Shown here in pieces: positions 20,601 through 29,929 of a stretch of 64,000 nucleotides of DNA. Location: contig CALKOM010000023.1 in NCBI GenBank assembly GCA_938091905.1, positions 64,001-128,000 of the forward strand, written 5' to 3'. This DNA is from an uncultured Verrucomicrobiales bacterium (GTDB lineage: Bacteria; Verrucomicrobiota; Verrucomicrobiia; Verrucomicrobiales; DEV007). Position numbers and translations under genes: made by a program. The notes beneath the pieces were generated by a model. That model made no database searches and was not told the DNA's origin. It saw nothing but the letters and a program-made list of their open reading frames with translations. Positions within the stretch are counted from its first letter, which is position 1, and each line of letters starts with the position of its first letter.

Positions 20601-22621
20601 AGCTCACGCAAGGTATTCTTCAAGGTCACACGGACTTGATTCAGCGTGCCGTAGATATCGGAAATGCCATCGATAATCTGAGTGGTCTGCGTCGCGTCCT
20701 CGATCTTGAGGTTGCTCACGATGTCGATGAGCATCTCCAGCTCTTCTCCCGTCTTTCCTAGCTCTTCGTCAATGACCTTGCCTTCGGCAGCCTTGGAAAT
20801 CTTCTCGATCGCGACCTGCTGTTGTTCAACCTGATCTCGGTAAGGTCTTAGCGAATCGTCCTTGAGCAGAAACTCCACACAATGTCCCGAGACCCGTTCC
20901 GCCACCTCCTGGACTTCTGATTCCAAGGCCTCAAGCTGCTCGATATTGACATACCGGACATCGCGCAAGGAGATGACTTCACCACGCACGCCTCGCAAGT
21001 CTGCTAGATGATGCACATAGCCCATGATATCATCCGGGCGACTGTGTTCCGCTTTAGAAATAAGCTTTCGCGCACGCTCAGTGAGCGCCGTGGTCTGGGC
21101 CGTAGCGGATTTGCGCAGGCGGGTGACCTTCTCAAATTCCGCAATGGCAGATTCCGCAGCCGTCTGTATCGCCCCTAACGGTTCACTTAGAACATAGGCT
21201 TCCTTCTGACCTACCCAGAAATACGAGTTGCTGACATCCGAGGCTTTCTTGGCCAAGTCATGATAGAGATTTGCATACGCATCGTCCTTGCCCAGGAGAT
21301 TGAGCACTTCGTGGCACTCTGCCATGCAACGCACAATGTCCGCATTGCCCAATTTGTAGAGATAGTGATCCCTCTGCGCCGAAGGAGCTTGGGCATCAGC
21401 ATCGATGTAGGGCGTTTGCCATACCTGGAGAGCGTGATGCTTCTGTGGCTGATCTTCGGTTCGGAAATAGATCAGTTCACCATCCTCGAACACGCTGTAG
21501 CCTGAACAACTGATCGGCGTGTCAACTTGCTGATCAATGATGTTGTAAGACATTAGCACGTAGTCGCCAGAAGCGCGATTGTAGAAGACGTAAAGGTGGT
21601 CCTCGCCATTCGGCGCTGCGAGACGACGCTCAAAGATCATGTCCTTGGGCCCACTTTCAAACAGCTTCGTTTCGCCACTTTGCAGGTGAAAGCCATTCGA
21701 GAAGATGATGCCATGCTCGTCGGGCAAGAGCACACAAGCATTCTCAATCGCATCAAAGCGCTGCACCGTCTTGAGCTTCTCATTGAAGACGAGGTAACGA
21801 AAATCGTTTTCTTGATAGGGTCGTATCTTCAGAACAATAAGACTGCCGATGATCGTGTAGAAGATCTCAGCATCATCGAGCGTCTGATCTGCCTCCGTCA
21901 CCGGCTCAGCATAGATGCCTTCGCCACTGCTGGTGTTGTCTTCAACCTTAACAGTGAGATCTCCACCGACGGTTTCAACAAAGACTCGGTCTTCGATCGA
22001 GACATGAGGATGCTCGCCGCCACGCTGCATGTCACGGTGCGCACGGGTCCATTCAAAGTCTTGCTGCCTCGGGAAACTATACTCGTGATCCGATCGATTC
22101 CCCTGGTAGACTAACGTTCCGTCATCTCGCAGAAGCCATTTGAACGTCTTGACGTCCGTGACATCCCGCCCGGCGCGAAAGGCCATGTAGAGGTGGGGCC
22201 CAATGACGAGGAACTTCGCAAAGACCGTGTCGCGGTAGTACTTGTAGAGATGGCCGAAGTCATGGAGGAAACTGTCGTCGCCCAAGATATCATCTAGCGG
22301 GACTGCGGTGAACGCATGCGTGGCGTTTTCATAGTGGTAAGCCGCAAAGACATCCGAAGGCGCGGTGGTCGACTTTAGACCAATGTGTACATTGAACCCA
22401 AAGAGAAAACGCCCCTGACCGATCGCTACCATATCGCGCGGCACACAGTTGTGCTGCGTGGTGACACGTTCTGTGGCAATGAGGCTGGGCTCGATCGCGC
22501 CAAAGACATCTTGGCGTTCTCGATTCAGCGACTCAAGCCGTCCGCGCAAGTCATCGCCTTGTGCTTGCAAGCGCTGGCGGATGACCTCGTAGGCACCTGA
22601 TTCTAACGTTTCTTCCGGCAT
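17612..22621 (-). CDS. Giant AAA+ ATPase ('DNA repair ATPase', DUF3686-type) with long coiled coil
   Basis: About 1670 aa. N-terminus GAYEVIRQRL, central coiled coil, Walker A SPPGYGKTT, Walker B MIYLDD, sensor MAGNPY. Start placed at ATG 22621 because the upstream 21 nt overlap a palindromic repeat. Confidence 0.8.
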   Translation of the reverse strand: MPEETLESGAYEVIRQRLQAQGDDLRGRLESLNRERQDVFGAIEPSLIATERVTTQHNCVPRDMVAIGQGRFLFGFNVHIGLKSTTAPSDVFAAYHYENATHAFTAVPLDDILGDDSFLHDFGHLYKYYRDTVFAKFLVIGPHLYMAFRAGRDVTDVKTFKWLLRDDGTLVYQGNRSDHEYSFPRQQDFEWTRAHRDMQRGGEHPHVSIEDRVFVETVGGDLTVKVEDNTSSGEGIYAEPVTEADQTLDDAEIFYTIIGSLIVLKIRPYQENDFRYLVFNEKLKTVQRFDAIENACVLLPDEHGIIFSNGFHLQSGETKLFESGPKDMIFERRLAAPNGEDHLYVFYNRASGDYVLMSYNIIDQQVDTPISCSGYSVFEDGELIYFRTEDQPQKHHALQVWQTPYIDADAQAPSAQRDHYLYKLGNADIVRCMAECHEVLNLLGKDDAYANLYHDLAKKASDVSNSYFWVGQKEAYVLSEPLGAIQTAAESAIAEFEKVTRLRKSATAQTTALTERARKLISKAEHSRPDDIMGYVHHLADLRGVRGEVISLRDVRYVNIEQLEALESEVQEVAERVSGHCVEFLLKDDSLRPYRDQVEQQQVAIEKISKAAEGKVIDEELGKTGEELEMLIDIVSNLKIEDATQTTQIIDGISDIYGTLNQVRVTLKNTLRELGREEGAAQFQAQLKLLNQAVVNYLELCDSPEKCESYLSKTMVQLEELEGKYAEFDDYVAELGEKRTEIYDAFEARKVSLLESRNKRAANLEKSAERIFQSIHNRLDGFQELHEINAYLASDLMIEKVRDIVTQLQDLGDSVKADAIQAKLKSQREDAVRQLKDRKELFVDGKAIIQLGKHRFSVNQQTLELTVVPRDEAMCFHLTGTNFFEPIKDPVFLETQPAWSQEVLSESSEVYRGEYLAYRYFQEHVGDLEVELEVLRKFMAPRYAEGYTKGVHDHDAFCILKRLLPLQAKAGLLRYDPAVRAQGIVAWRAWKEDHEKQRLFHQLESFGAVRSAFDEAPALQTTYIERLQQWLGDGAEETAAYLFHEMVDGASFTVSAEAASLVSAFQKGLATKRQQSAFEAARKKLAKFPQDEFEVIRDWLRAFDSSHAYLDEAAAHLLRGGVQSAEVVEVPLESDIDGMLGNHAVIAQGNYHLHYTKFLSKLARFERQTLPLFQRYTEIKHTLTVDKRELLRLDEFKPRIMSSFVRNRLLDEVYLPMIGDNLAKQIGVAGADTRTDRMGLLLLISPPGYGKTTLMEYMADRLGLTFVKVNGPALGHQVRSLDPVEAPNASAREEVKKLNLSLEMGDNVMIYLDDIQHCDPEFLQKFISLCDGQRRIEGVYDGVARTYDLRGRKVAVVMAGNPYTESGGKFQIPDMLANRADTYNLGDIVGTHQQAFEDSYLENCLTSNAILAPLGSRSQKDVHAIIQIARNGTADGVDFEGNYTPEEVSEMVDVMTKLMRVRDTVLRVNLEYIRSAAQSDEYRTEPPFKLQGSYRNMNRMAEKILPIMTEEEVINVIKDHYENESQTLTTGAEANLLKFQDLEGFLTEEDSVRWEEIKKTFARNLLTGGARDNDPVSRVVGQLAAFNASTDRIQEVLAASLAHQQQPATLADATIAKLEDIINKLRAVPVDVDINVQPVQESSPSEMPVAIDAETEQGDEARLPPNAPD

Positions 22622-22628
22622 GATAAAG

Positions 22629-22678
22629 GTAGCGGGGGGCATCCAGCCCCCGTGTCACGGGCTGGATGCCCGTGCTAC
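22629..22678. repeat. REP/REPIN-like GTAG-type inverted repeat
   Basis: The minus strand reads GTAGCACGGGCATCCAGCCCGTGACACGGGGGCTGGATGCCCCCCGCTAC. It has perfect 13-bp arms (22637-22649 / 22659-22671), GTAG/CTAC ends, and an internal palindrome CACGGGC-ATCCA-GCCCGTG. Confidence 0.7.
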
Positions 22679-22685
22679 ATTACGA

Positions 22686-24788
22686 TTACTTGGTGATCTG
22701 CTTGATAGCACTACCTGCATTGAGGTTCGCCATGCCATAACGCTTGGCCGCTTCCAAGAGACCTTCCATCTTGCTACGCGAGCCAGAGTCATCCGCAGCG
22801 GTGATCATCTGACCGAGAGCCGCGCTCACCGTCAGATTCTTCAAGTCCTCGGTGGAGAATCCGTAGTCGTCTAACCAACGCCTTAGCTGGCCTTGGAAAT
22901 ACTCCGGATCGCCGTTGAAGAAAGTTTCCTTCACATCGGTGAGGGCCTGACTATTGCTCAGGGCACGATCGACCGCCTTACCCGTCGTGACGGCTCCGGC
23001 AATCTTGTCGAAGAACACCGTGTCTCCGCCAATGATATCCACATTCGCATTCTCCAACGCCGTGCCGACAACTTCTGAGTGGCGGGAGGCGATGTCCTTC
23101 TGCGCATCTAGGTCAGCCAATTCGATGACTTTGGCTTTCTCCAAGCCCAAGCGGAACTCCTCGTGTTCGCGACCTTCGCCATCAAACTTCTTCATCGCAT
23201 CTGCTTTCTCCGTGATTCCCTTGGCCTCGGCCAGGGCTTTCAACTCGATGACTTTGGCTTCTGCAGTGCCTTGCTTCTGCAAAGCGGTAGCTTTCGCCTC
23301 GATAACCTGCGCTTCACCCAACCCGGTAGCTGCCGATTCGGCAGCAGTGGCTTCTGCTAGTGTCTTCTTGGCAACGGCCGTCTTATCAGCAGCTGCTTGA
23401 TCCGCCTCGGCTGCGATGATGATCTCATCGGCGTGTAATTCCGCCGCCTGCTTCTGGGCTTCGGCTGCTTTCACTGTGCTGTAAAGTTCCTCGTCAGCCT
23501 TGAGCTGGGCGGACTCTTTCGCGGCTTCCGCATCTTTGATCTGTTTGACCAATGCTTCCTCGGCTTCCATCTCGGCGAGCGTAATCTTGACCTGTTTCTC
23601 GCGATCCGCGCCTGCAAAGGCCTCAGTGTCTTTTATCTTCTCTTGCTCTTCCACCACGGTCTTCTCAACAGCGACGCGTTCCTTAATCACATCTTGAATA
23701 TTCTTCTTCTCAATCTCGACAGCCTTATCGCGCTCGATGCCCTTCAGCGCCGTCATGCGATCACGTTCGATCTCTTCTAACATACGGTCGCGTTCCACAC
23801 GTTCGGCTTCGACTACATCCGTTCGCTCCTTGTTCCGTTCGGCCACGATCACTTGGCGATCTTTGTTCTGAGTAGCAATCTCCAGCTCTTCTTCTGTGGC
23901 GATGCGGGCCCGCTCCGACTTCAAACGCTCTTCCTCCCCCACCTTCAGCGCTTCCGCCTCTTCGCGTGCTTGCACCGAAGCGATTTCACGCTCTTGCTTC
24001 GCCCTGGATTCGGCCAGCTGACGATTTAGCTCAAGAATCGCCTCTTCGGCTTCGACGTCTTGCTGCCGAATAACACGTTCCTTGTCACGATCAATCTGAT
24101 TCGCCAACTTGGCCTGTTCAGCCGTGAGATCGGTGATCTTCTTAATGCCCTCAGAATCCAGAATATTGTCAGGATTCAACATATCAAGCGACGTCTGCTC
24201 CAGGTGATCGATGGCACAGTCATCCAAGACAAAGCCATTGAGGTCGGTGCCGATAATCTTGAGGATCTCTTCACGGAAGGTATCGCGCTCTTGATAGAGT
24301 TCAGCGAAGTCAAAGCGTTTGCCCACGGTCTTCAGGGCCTCTGAGAATTTGGCATCGAAGAGATCCTGGATCTCCCGCTGACTCGAGGCGCGCTCACAGC
24401 CAATGGCTGAGGCGACACGCTTCACGTCCTGCTCTTCGTTGTTTACCCTCACAAAGTAGACCACTTTGATATCAGCCCGGATGTTGTCCTTACAAATGAG
24501 GCCATCCTTCCCCTGGCGATTGATTTCGATGCGCTTCACGGAGATGTCCATGATCTCAGATTTGTGAATCACGGGCACGACTGGCGTTCCGGTAAAGCAC
24601 ACTTTCGTACCACCCATGCCATTGCGAACGAGCGCCTCCCCTTGGTTCACCTTGCGGTAGCACTTGATGATGAGCACCACGAGGCCCACGACGAAGAGGA
24701 TGCCTGCGGCCATGACGACCTTGCCAAGAGCTGGCAACGGACCTTCGGCGGCGAGTAGGATTGTATCTATTTCTGGTAACATAATCAA
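22686..24788 (-). CDS. Flotillin-like SPFH/band 7 membrane protein (YqiK-like)
   Basis: N-terminal TM, SPFH motif GLICKDNIRADIKVVYFVRVN, long AEA-rich coiled coil. Confidence 0.88.
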   Translation of the reverse strand: MIMLPEIDTILLAAEGPLPALGKVVMAAGILFVVGLVVLIIKCYRKVNQGEALVRNGMGGTKVCFTGTPVVPVIHKSEIMDISVKRIEINRQGKDGLICKDNIRADIKVVYFVRVNNEEQDVKRVASAIGCERASSQREIQDLFDAKFSEALKTVGKRFDFAELYQERDTFREEILKIIGTDLNGFVLDDCAIDHLEQTSLDMLNPDNILDSEGIKKITDLTAEQAKLANQIDRDKERVIRQQDVEAEEAILELNRQLAESRAKQEREIASVQAREEAEALKVGEEERLKSERARIATEEELEIATQNKDRQVIVAERNKERTDVVEAERVERDRMLEEIERDRMTALKGIERDKAVEIEKKNIQDVIKERVAVEKTVVEEQEKIKDTEAFAGADREKQVKITLAEMEAEEALVKQIKDAEAAKESAQLKADEELYSTVKAAEAQKQAAELHADEIIIAAEADQAAADKTAVAKKTLAEATAAESAATGLGEAQVIEAKATALQKQGTAEAKVIELKALAEAKGITEKADAMKKFDGEGREHEEFRLGLEKAKVIELADLDAQKDIASRHSEVVGTALENANVDIIGGDTVFFDKIAGAVTTGKAVDRALSNSQALTDVKETFFNGDPEYFQGQLRRWLDDYGFSTEDLKNLTVSAALGQMITAADDSGSRSKMEGLLEAAKRYGMANLNAGSAIKQITK

Positions 24789-24800
24789 CTTCAGTAAGAG

Positions 24801-25439
24801 TTAGGATTCGAGTTTGCGGACAACGTAGGTTTGGGCGTCGTCGAGCGTGTCGACGACCAAGGCACGATCACCCTTGGCCAGTGATTTCTGGCCTTGGGAC
24901 ACACGCACGTGAAGGAGCAAGGGGTTACCAGAGTCATCTTCGGCCTCGGCCTGGCCGAATGTCTCCGTGACTTCACTGGTCTTAATCACACAGGCTCTAC
25001 CAATGACAGGCCGGTGCTTCTCGCCCTCCTTCAGCTTCCGCATGAGCGGCTTGAGAGGCACGGTAAGGAACTTCGTCAAGAGGAGACTGACAACCCCATT
25101 CGCAAATAACCACCCACCAGCAATCAAGAAAGACTGCCCCGGATTGAAGTAGTAATTAAGGGCAACAGCGCCCGCCCAAACGAGCGTGATAAGGACGGAG
25201 AGCAGAATCATCAACGGCACTTCTCCAAGATTGAAGAAGCGCAACAAGCCAAGGCCGATCGAACCGCCATGAACCTGTGTATCGACATCGACGTCAGCAT
25301 CGAGATCAAGGTTAGGCTCTAAAGCATCAGAATCGACAATCCCAAAGACAGTGATCGTCCAGAAGAGCACCACGAGCACAAAACACACCGTGATCGGAAA
25401 ATTGTAGAAACGTAAGGATTCTTGTAGTAGTTCACTCAT
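24801..25439 (-). CDS. YqiJ/NfeD-like membrane protein with C-terminal OB fold
   Basis: Three TM segments, acidic DLDADVDVD loop, LGEVPLMILLS motif, C-terminal GQAE..LLHVRV..KGDRALVV. Lies immediately upstream of the flotillin gene. Confidence 0.78.
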   Translation of the reverse strand: MSELLQESLRFYNFPITVCFVLVVLFWTITVFGIVDSDALEPNLDLDADVDVDTQVHGGSIGLGLLRFFNLGEVPLMILLSVLITLVWAGAVALNYYFNPGQSFLIAGGWLFANGVVSLLLTKFLTVPLKPLMRKLKEGEKHRPVIGRACVIKTSEVTETFGQAEAEDDSGNPLLLHVRVSQGQKSLAKGDRALVVDTLDDAQTYVVRKLES

Positions 25440-25513
25440 TCAGCCAAGACACATCTTTTAGACGATGCGCTATCTTAGGCCGTGAGGTCAATCCCGCGAT
25501 TACAATGCCCGCG

Positions 25514-26605
25514 CTAGATTCCACCGCTCAGAGATTCCAAATTCTCCTCGAAGAGTGTCAGTTGCTCAAGCTCGGAAGCCTCTTCCTGGCTTCGAAACCG
25601 GACTCCAGCGCCTAAAAGCCGCACATGACGGGTGTTTGATCGTTGCCAGCCGTCTTGCAAGAGAGATTCGTAAAGCTTCCACTCAGGCGCACTCGTCTGG
25701 CGCTCGACGGTGGTATGACGAAAGTCGTTGAACTTCAGCTTCACGAAAGCGCTCTTGATGCTCCGATCTTTATGCTTCGCAAGATCATCGCACAATTCTT
25801 CCCACAACGCCTGTAGCTTGGGGACACTTTCTTCAAAGCAGGTGATATCTTCTGAATAGGTTCGCTCGTTGCTAACGGACTTCCGCTCACGAGAGGGTTG
25901 AACCGGACGGTCATCTCGGCCTCGGCTCAAGTGATAAAGTGCGGTCCCGAATCGCCCGAAGCGCCGATGTAACTCGGTAAGAGCATGATTCTGCACATCC
26001 CCACAAGTCTCGATGCCAGCCTTCAAGAGACGCTCAGCCGTCTTCGCTCCTACCCCCCAGAGCTTGCGCACTGGCAGGTCTGCCATGAAGCCTTCTACAC
26101 TATCAGACTTGACCTCGAATTGGCCATCCGGCTTGTTCCAATCACTAGCGATCTTCGCTAAGAGTTTGTTAGGAGCTATTCCAGCAGAAGCCGTAAGTCC
26201 TGTCGTCTCGCGAATTTCCGCACGGATCTCCTCGGCCACCGACTCTCCCGAAGAACGCCAGTGGGAGACATCCAAGTAGGCTTCATCCAATGATAGGGGC
26301 TCGATCAGCCCCGTATACTTAGCAAAGATGGCGCGAATCTGCTGGGACTCCGCACGATAGACGCCAAACCGAACTGGCATGATGATGAGACTGGGACACT
26401 GCCGTAGCGCTTTGAACGCGGGCATCGCGGACCGACAGCCAAACTTGCGGGCCTCGTAATTCGCGGTGGTAAGCACGCCTCTACCGGAAGAGCCGCCTAC
26501 AGCGACGGGCTTGCCGCGCAGTTCAGGGTGATCACGCACCTCGATCGCCGCATAGAAACAATCCATGTCGATATGGATGATCTTTCTCGGCGATTCTTCA
26601 GTCAT
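25514..26605 (-). CDS. dinB: DNA polymerase IV
   Basis: KIIHIDMDCFYAAIE, ANYEARKFG, EPLSLDEAYLD, KIASDWNKPDG. Confidence 0.97.
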   Translation of the reverse strand: MTEESPRKIIHIDMDCFYAAIEVRDHPELRGKPVAVGGSSGRGVLTTANYEARKFGCRSAMPAFKALRQCPSLIIMPVRFGVYRAESQQIRAIFAKYTGLIEPLSLDEAYLDVSHWRSSGESVAEEIRAEIRETTGLTASAGIAPNKLLAKIASDWNKPDGQFEVKSDSVEGFMADLPVRKLWGVGAKTAERLLKAGIETCGDVQNHALTELHRRFGRFGTALYHLSRGRDDRPVQPSRERKSVSNERTYSEDITCFEESVPKLQALWEELCDDLAKHKDRSIKSAFVKLKFNDFRHTTVERQTSAPEWKLYESLLQDGWQRSNTRHVRLLGAGVRFRSQEEASELEQLTLFEENLESLSGGI

Positions 26606-27044
26606 CGTTCAAGAAAACCAAGCAATCCGCTAAGATTCGCTCCTGCATCGCCGCCATGCACTCAAAATCTTCAGGTGATTTGTCGAGATACCCCGCGAGA
26701 TGCAGCAAGCCATGCACCATGTAAAGAGCCACTTCATGCTGCCAAGAACGCCCGTACTCCTGTGCCTGGCGTTCTGCGGTATCGATGCTAATAAGAATCT
26801 CCCCATGATGAAAAGTGATCACATCCGTAGGGTCTGGAAGACTCATAAAGTCATCATGCACTCGAGCAATGGTGGGATCATTGACAAAGGTGATCTCAAT
26901 CTCTTCAAGTGCCCGCAGCACCCCCCTGTTACGCTGCACAGCTACGACGCGAGCTAGAGCGCTCTGCCCGAGCTGCTCCAACCAAGCCAAGTCTAACGGA
27001 TGCTCCCGCTCCGATTGATCACTGAGCAGAACCTTAGGCTGCAT
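26598..27044 (-). CDS. ybeY: rRNA maturation endoribonuclease YbeY
   Basis: PTDVITF, GEILIS, HGLLHLAGYLD (H3xH5xH-like motif, third His apparently substituted). Confidence 0.88.
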   Translation of the reverse strand: MQPKVLLSDQSEREHPLDLAWLEQLGQSALARVVAVQRNRGVLRALEEIEITFVNDPTIARVHDDFMSLPDPTDVITFHHGEILISIDTAERQAQEYGRSWQHEVALYMVHGLLHLAGYLDKSPEDFECMAAMQERILADCLVFLNDD

Positions 27045-28680
27045 CGATGACCCGAAGCCGCTTGCTAGAATTGCCATTCGTGGGCGAAGTTTCATCGGCA
27101 TCCGACTTCTTGGCCGCCTTTGGATAGGCGATACGGGTGTGTAACATGCTGATGAGCGTCTTCGTAAAGCTCTCTTTTATCTGCGCCAGTTCGCGCATCG
27201 TCAGGTCGCAATCATCCAGCTGCCCATCCTTCATTCGCATGGACACCATGGTCTCGACAAGTTGCTCGATCTTGGAATGCGTCGGTTTGTCCAACGACCG
27301 CGACGCGCTCTCCACCGAGTCCGCCAAACTGATAATGGCGCTCTCTTTGGTCTGTGGAATAGGCCCAGGATAACGGAAATCCTCTTCATTCACTTCAGGA
27401 ATATCTTCTTCCCGCGCTTTCCCCTCTTCTACCAGCTTTCGGACAGCTTCCTGTTTATCAAGTGCACGACGGTAAAAGTAATACACGAGCGAAGTCCCAT
27501 GATGCTCCTGAATAACATCAATGATAGGCATCTTTAACTTGTGTTTGAGTGCGAGATCCACGCCCTCTTTCACGTGTGAGTGAATGACGAGCACACTCAT
27601 ACTCGGAGAGAGATCATCGTGCGGGTTGTCCTCCGGATTGATGTTCTCAATGAAGTAGCCCGGTTTTATCAGCTTGCCGATGTCATGGAAATAACTGCAA
27701 ACCTGACACTGAATGGCACTGGCTCCGACCCGTTCAGCAGCACTCTCTGCCAGTCGAGCCACCACGAGGCTATGATGATAAGTACCTGGTGCCTCGATCG
27801 TCATCCTTTTAAGCAACTTGTGGTTGAGATCAGCGAGCTCAAGCCAAGTGATATTCGTTGTGATACCGAAGAGTGTCTCCAACATGGGCAAGAAGCCACC
27901 GACAATCCCCGCCGTAATGATACCCACGAGCAGCACCGTGAGAATCTGCACCCCGACCGTGCGTGGACTCATCGCTGAAATATCTGCCGCGAAAGGAATA
28001 TGTCCTAGCATCAGCGCTAAAACCAGCGAAACAAGTCCCACGTAGCAACCTGCGCGCATGAGGCAACCACGTTTGCGTAGATCATGGGTCGCATACACCG
28101 CAACCACGCCTGCCAACAAACTCCCGATGAGAAAATCAAAGAGAAGGGACTGCTCAATGATGAGACAGCCAAAGATGGCCGAGAAGATCGTGGCAAAGAT
28201 CGCCTGACGACGTCCTAACAAAACCGACAACGCCATTGGAGCGAGCGCATACGGGATCAATAAGAAAAGGAAATGACGGCTCGTATCCGGGGTTTGGCTA
28301 AGCGCCGGCAAGAGATCCACCACAATGCCACATAGCCTAACCAAACTTACCTGGAGCAACACGGCACCGTACATAAGCAAGCTACGACCATTATGCGCAA
28401 AACTAATTGGGTGATTTGCGTAAAACTGAACAAACGACGCGATGAAAATCAGTCCACCGACCACGGAAGCCTTGAGCGCGTCCTGCCCGTAAACATGACC
28501 CACATCCGTGGAATAGATCAGGCCGACCAGCCCCGCATAGAATCCTAGGAAAATGAGAGCCTTGAGAAACGGGTTCTGCTCTAGCAATTGCCGAAACTCG
28601 CTCTCTCCCTGCTTGCGTCTCCGACGACTGGTCGCCAAGCCGCGCCGCTGCAATTGAAGGCGTTTTAAAGAACGTAACAT
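27034..28680 (-). CDS. 7TM-HDIG membrane HD phosphohydrolase (PgpH-like)
   Basis: Multiple TM segments followed by EAPGTYHHSL, YFHDIGK, QEHHGT, FRYPGP, LADSVESA. Adjacent to ybeY as in many bacteria. Confidence 0.88.
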   Translation of the reverse strand: MLRSLKRLQLQRRGLATSRRRRKQGESEFRQLLEQNPFLKALIFLGFYAGLVGLIYSTDVGHVYGQDALKASVVGGLIFIASFVQFYANHPISFAHNGRSLLMYGAVLLQVSLVRLCGIVVDLLPALSQTPDTSRHFLFLLIPYALAPMALSVLLGRRQAIFATIFSAIFGCLIIEQSLLFDFLIGSLLAGVVAVYATHDLRKRGCLMRAGCYVGLVSLVLALMLGHIPFAADISAMSPRTVGVQILTVLLVGIITAGIVGGFLPMLETLFGITTNITWLELADLNHKLLKRMTIEAPGTYHHSLVVARLAESAAERVGASAIQCQVCSYFHDIGKLIKPGYFIENINPEDNPHDDLSPSMSVLVIHSHVKEGVDLALKHKLKMPIIDVIQEHHGTSLVYYFYRRALDKQEAVRKLVEEGKAREEDIPEVNEEDFRYPGPIPQTKESAIISLADSVESASRSLDKPTHSKIEQLVETMVSMRMKDGQLDDCDLTMRELAQIKESFTKTLISMLHTRIAYPKAAKKSDADETSPTNGNSSKRLRVIDAA

Positions 28681-29203
28681 CGATGAAGAGGGAGGGACGC
28701 AAGGGCCAAACCAATCTACCGTTCAACCAGCACTCACACGTGCTAGATCAGATCGAAAGGAAAGGTTTCGGTTCATTGCGGCCCTGATCCTAAGCCTTGC
28801 AAAGTGTCTGCCAAGCGATTTCCACTCGTTCATTTAGGTCTACAAGCTATTGACAAAACCTAAATACTCGCTTTGCCCTAGAGCCATCTATAATCGGGCA
28901 CCTCTACCAGATTCAATATCGACTAATTACCTAGTGAAAGAGCCTCTCGAAGCCTGAATTTTCCAGAGATCGGTCGGCATTTCGTCGGGAATCCGGTCCT
29001 AAAGATGGAAGCCAAGGATCTGCTCTCTGCTACATTTAAAAGTGTCCGACAGACACGGATTCTCGTGTACGATGATGATTCCACTAGGTTCTCATCTTCG
29101 ATTGAACGTCCGTTAGAGCGCATTCCTATTGCCACCCTCTCAATTACCAAGAAGAGTGCTAGCAGTGAACGAGGAAGACGATAAGAATAAATTGAGGGAG
29201 AGC

Positions 29204-29929
29204 ATGCCTTCCGTTCCATTCAAGGCGAAAGACCGTATTCAGGACATGCGCGAATCAGATCGACCTCGCGAGAAGCTCGCCCGGAGCGGTGCTCGTCATC
29301 TTACAGATGCCGAACTTCTTGCCCTCTTCTTTCGTATTGGGATCCGAGGAAAGAACGCCATCACGATGAGTCGAGAACTCATTGAGAAATATGGTAGTCT
29401 CCAAGCACTATCCCGCCTCACCGTCGACCAATTATCGAAGACAAACAAAGGCATTGGCCCAGCAAAGGCAGCCGAACTGGTAGCCGTCTTTGAGATGGGA
29501 CGGCGCTTGGCAGCGGAGCAATTGGAGGACGTGCCCCTCAATCAACCAGACCGGGTTTATGCACTCCTTGCCTCCGAGATGCAGCAGTTGCAGGCGGAAT
29601 CACTCCGTGTGCTCTTGCTGAACACCCGATTGCGTTTGGTGAAAGCAGAAGAGATTTCCAGAGGGAGCATCAGCGAGACCGTCGCGCACCCTCGAGACAT
29701 TCTCCATCCCGTGCTGCTACATCGATGTCACGGGTTTGTCCTGGTCCACAATCACCCCTCAGGAGATCCCGAGCCCAGCTCTGCCGATCGGACGTTAACT
29801 CGGCGCGTGAGGGAGGCGGCTGATCTTATGCGCGTGGAAATGTTAGACCACATCATCATCGGTCATCCCTCAGTACACGGCGATGCTGGTCCGGGCTACT
29901 TCAGTTTTAAAGAGCACGGCATGCTTTGA
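29204..29929 (+). CDS. radC: RadC family JAB-domain protein
   Basis: RPREKL..LTDAELLA, GIGPAKA HhH, HNHPSGDPEPSSAD, LDHIII. Confidence 0.95.
   Translation: MPSVPFKAKDRIQDMRESDRPREKLARSGARHLTDAELLALFFRIGIRGKNAITMSRELIEKYGSLQALSRLTVDQLSKTNKGIGPAKAAELVAVFEMGRRLAAEQLEDVPLNQPDRVYALLASEMQQLQAESLRVLLLNTRLRLVKAEEISRGSISETVAHPRDILHPVLLHRCHGFVLVHNHPSGDPEPSSADRTLTRRVREAADLMRVEMLDHIIIGHPSVHGDAGPGYFSFKEHGML

Noticed and set aside
28681..29203. SOS (LexA) box between the dinB operon and radC
   Set aside because: No convincing palindromic operator such as TGTTC-N4-GAACA was found by eye.
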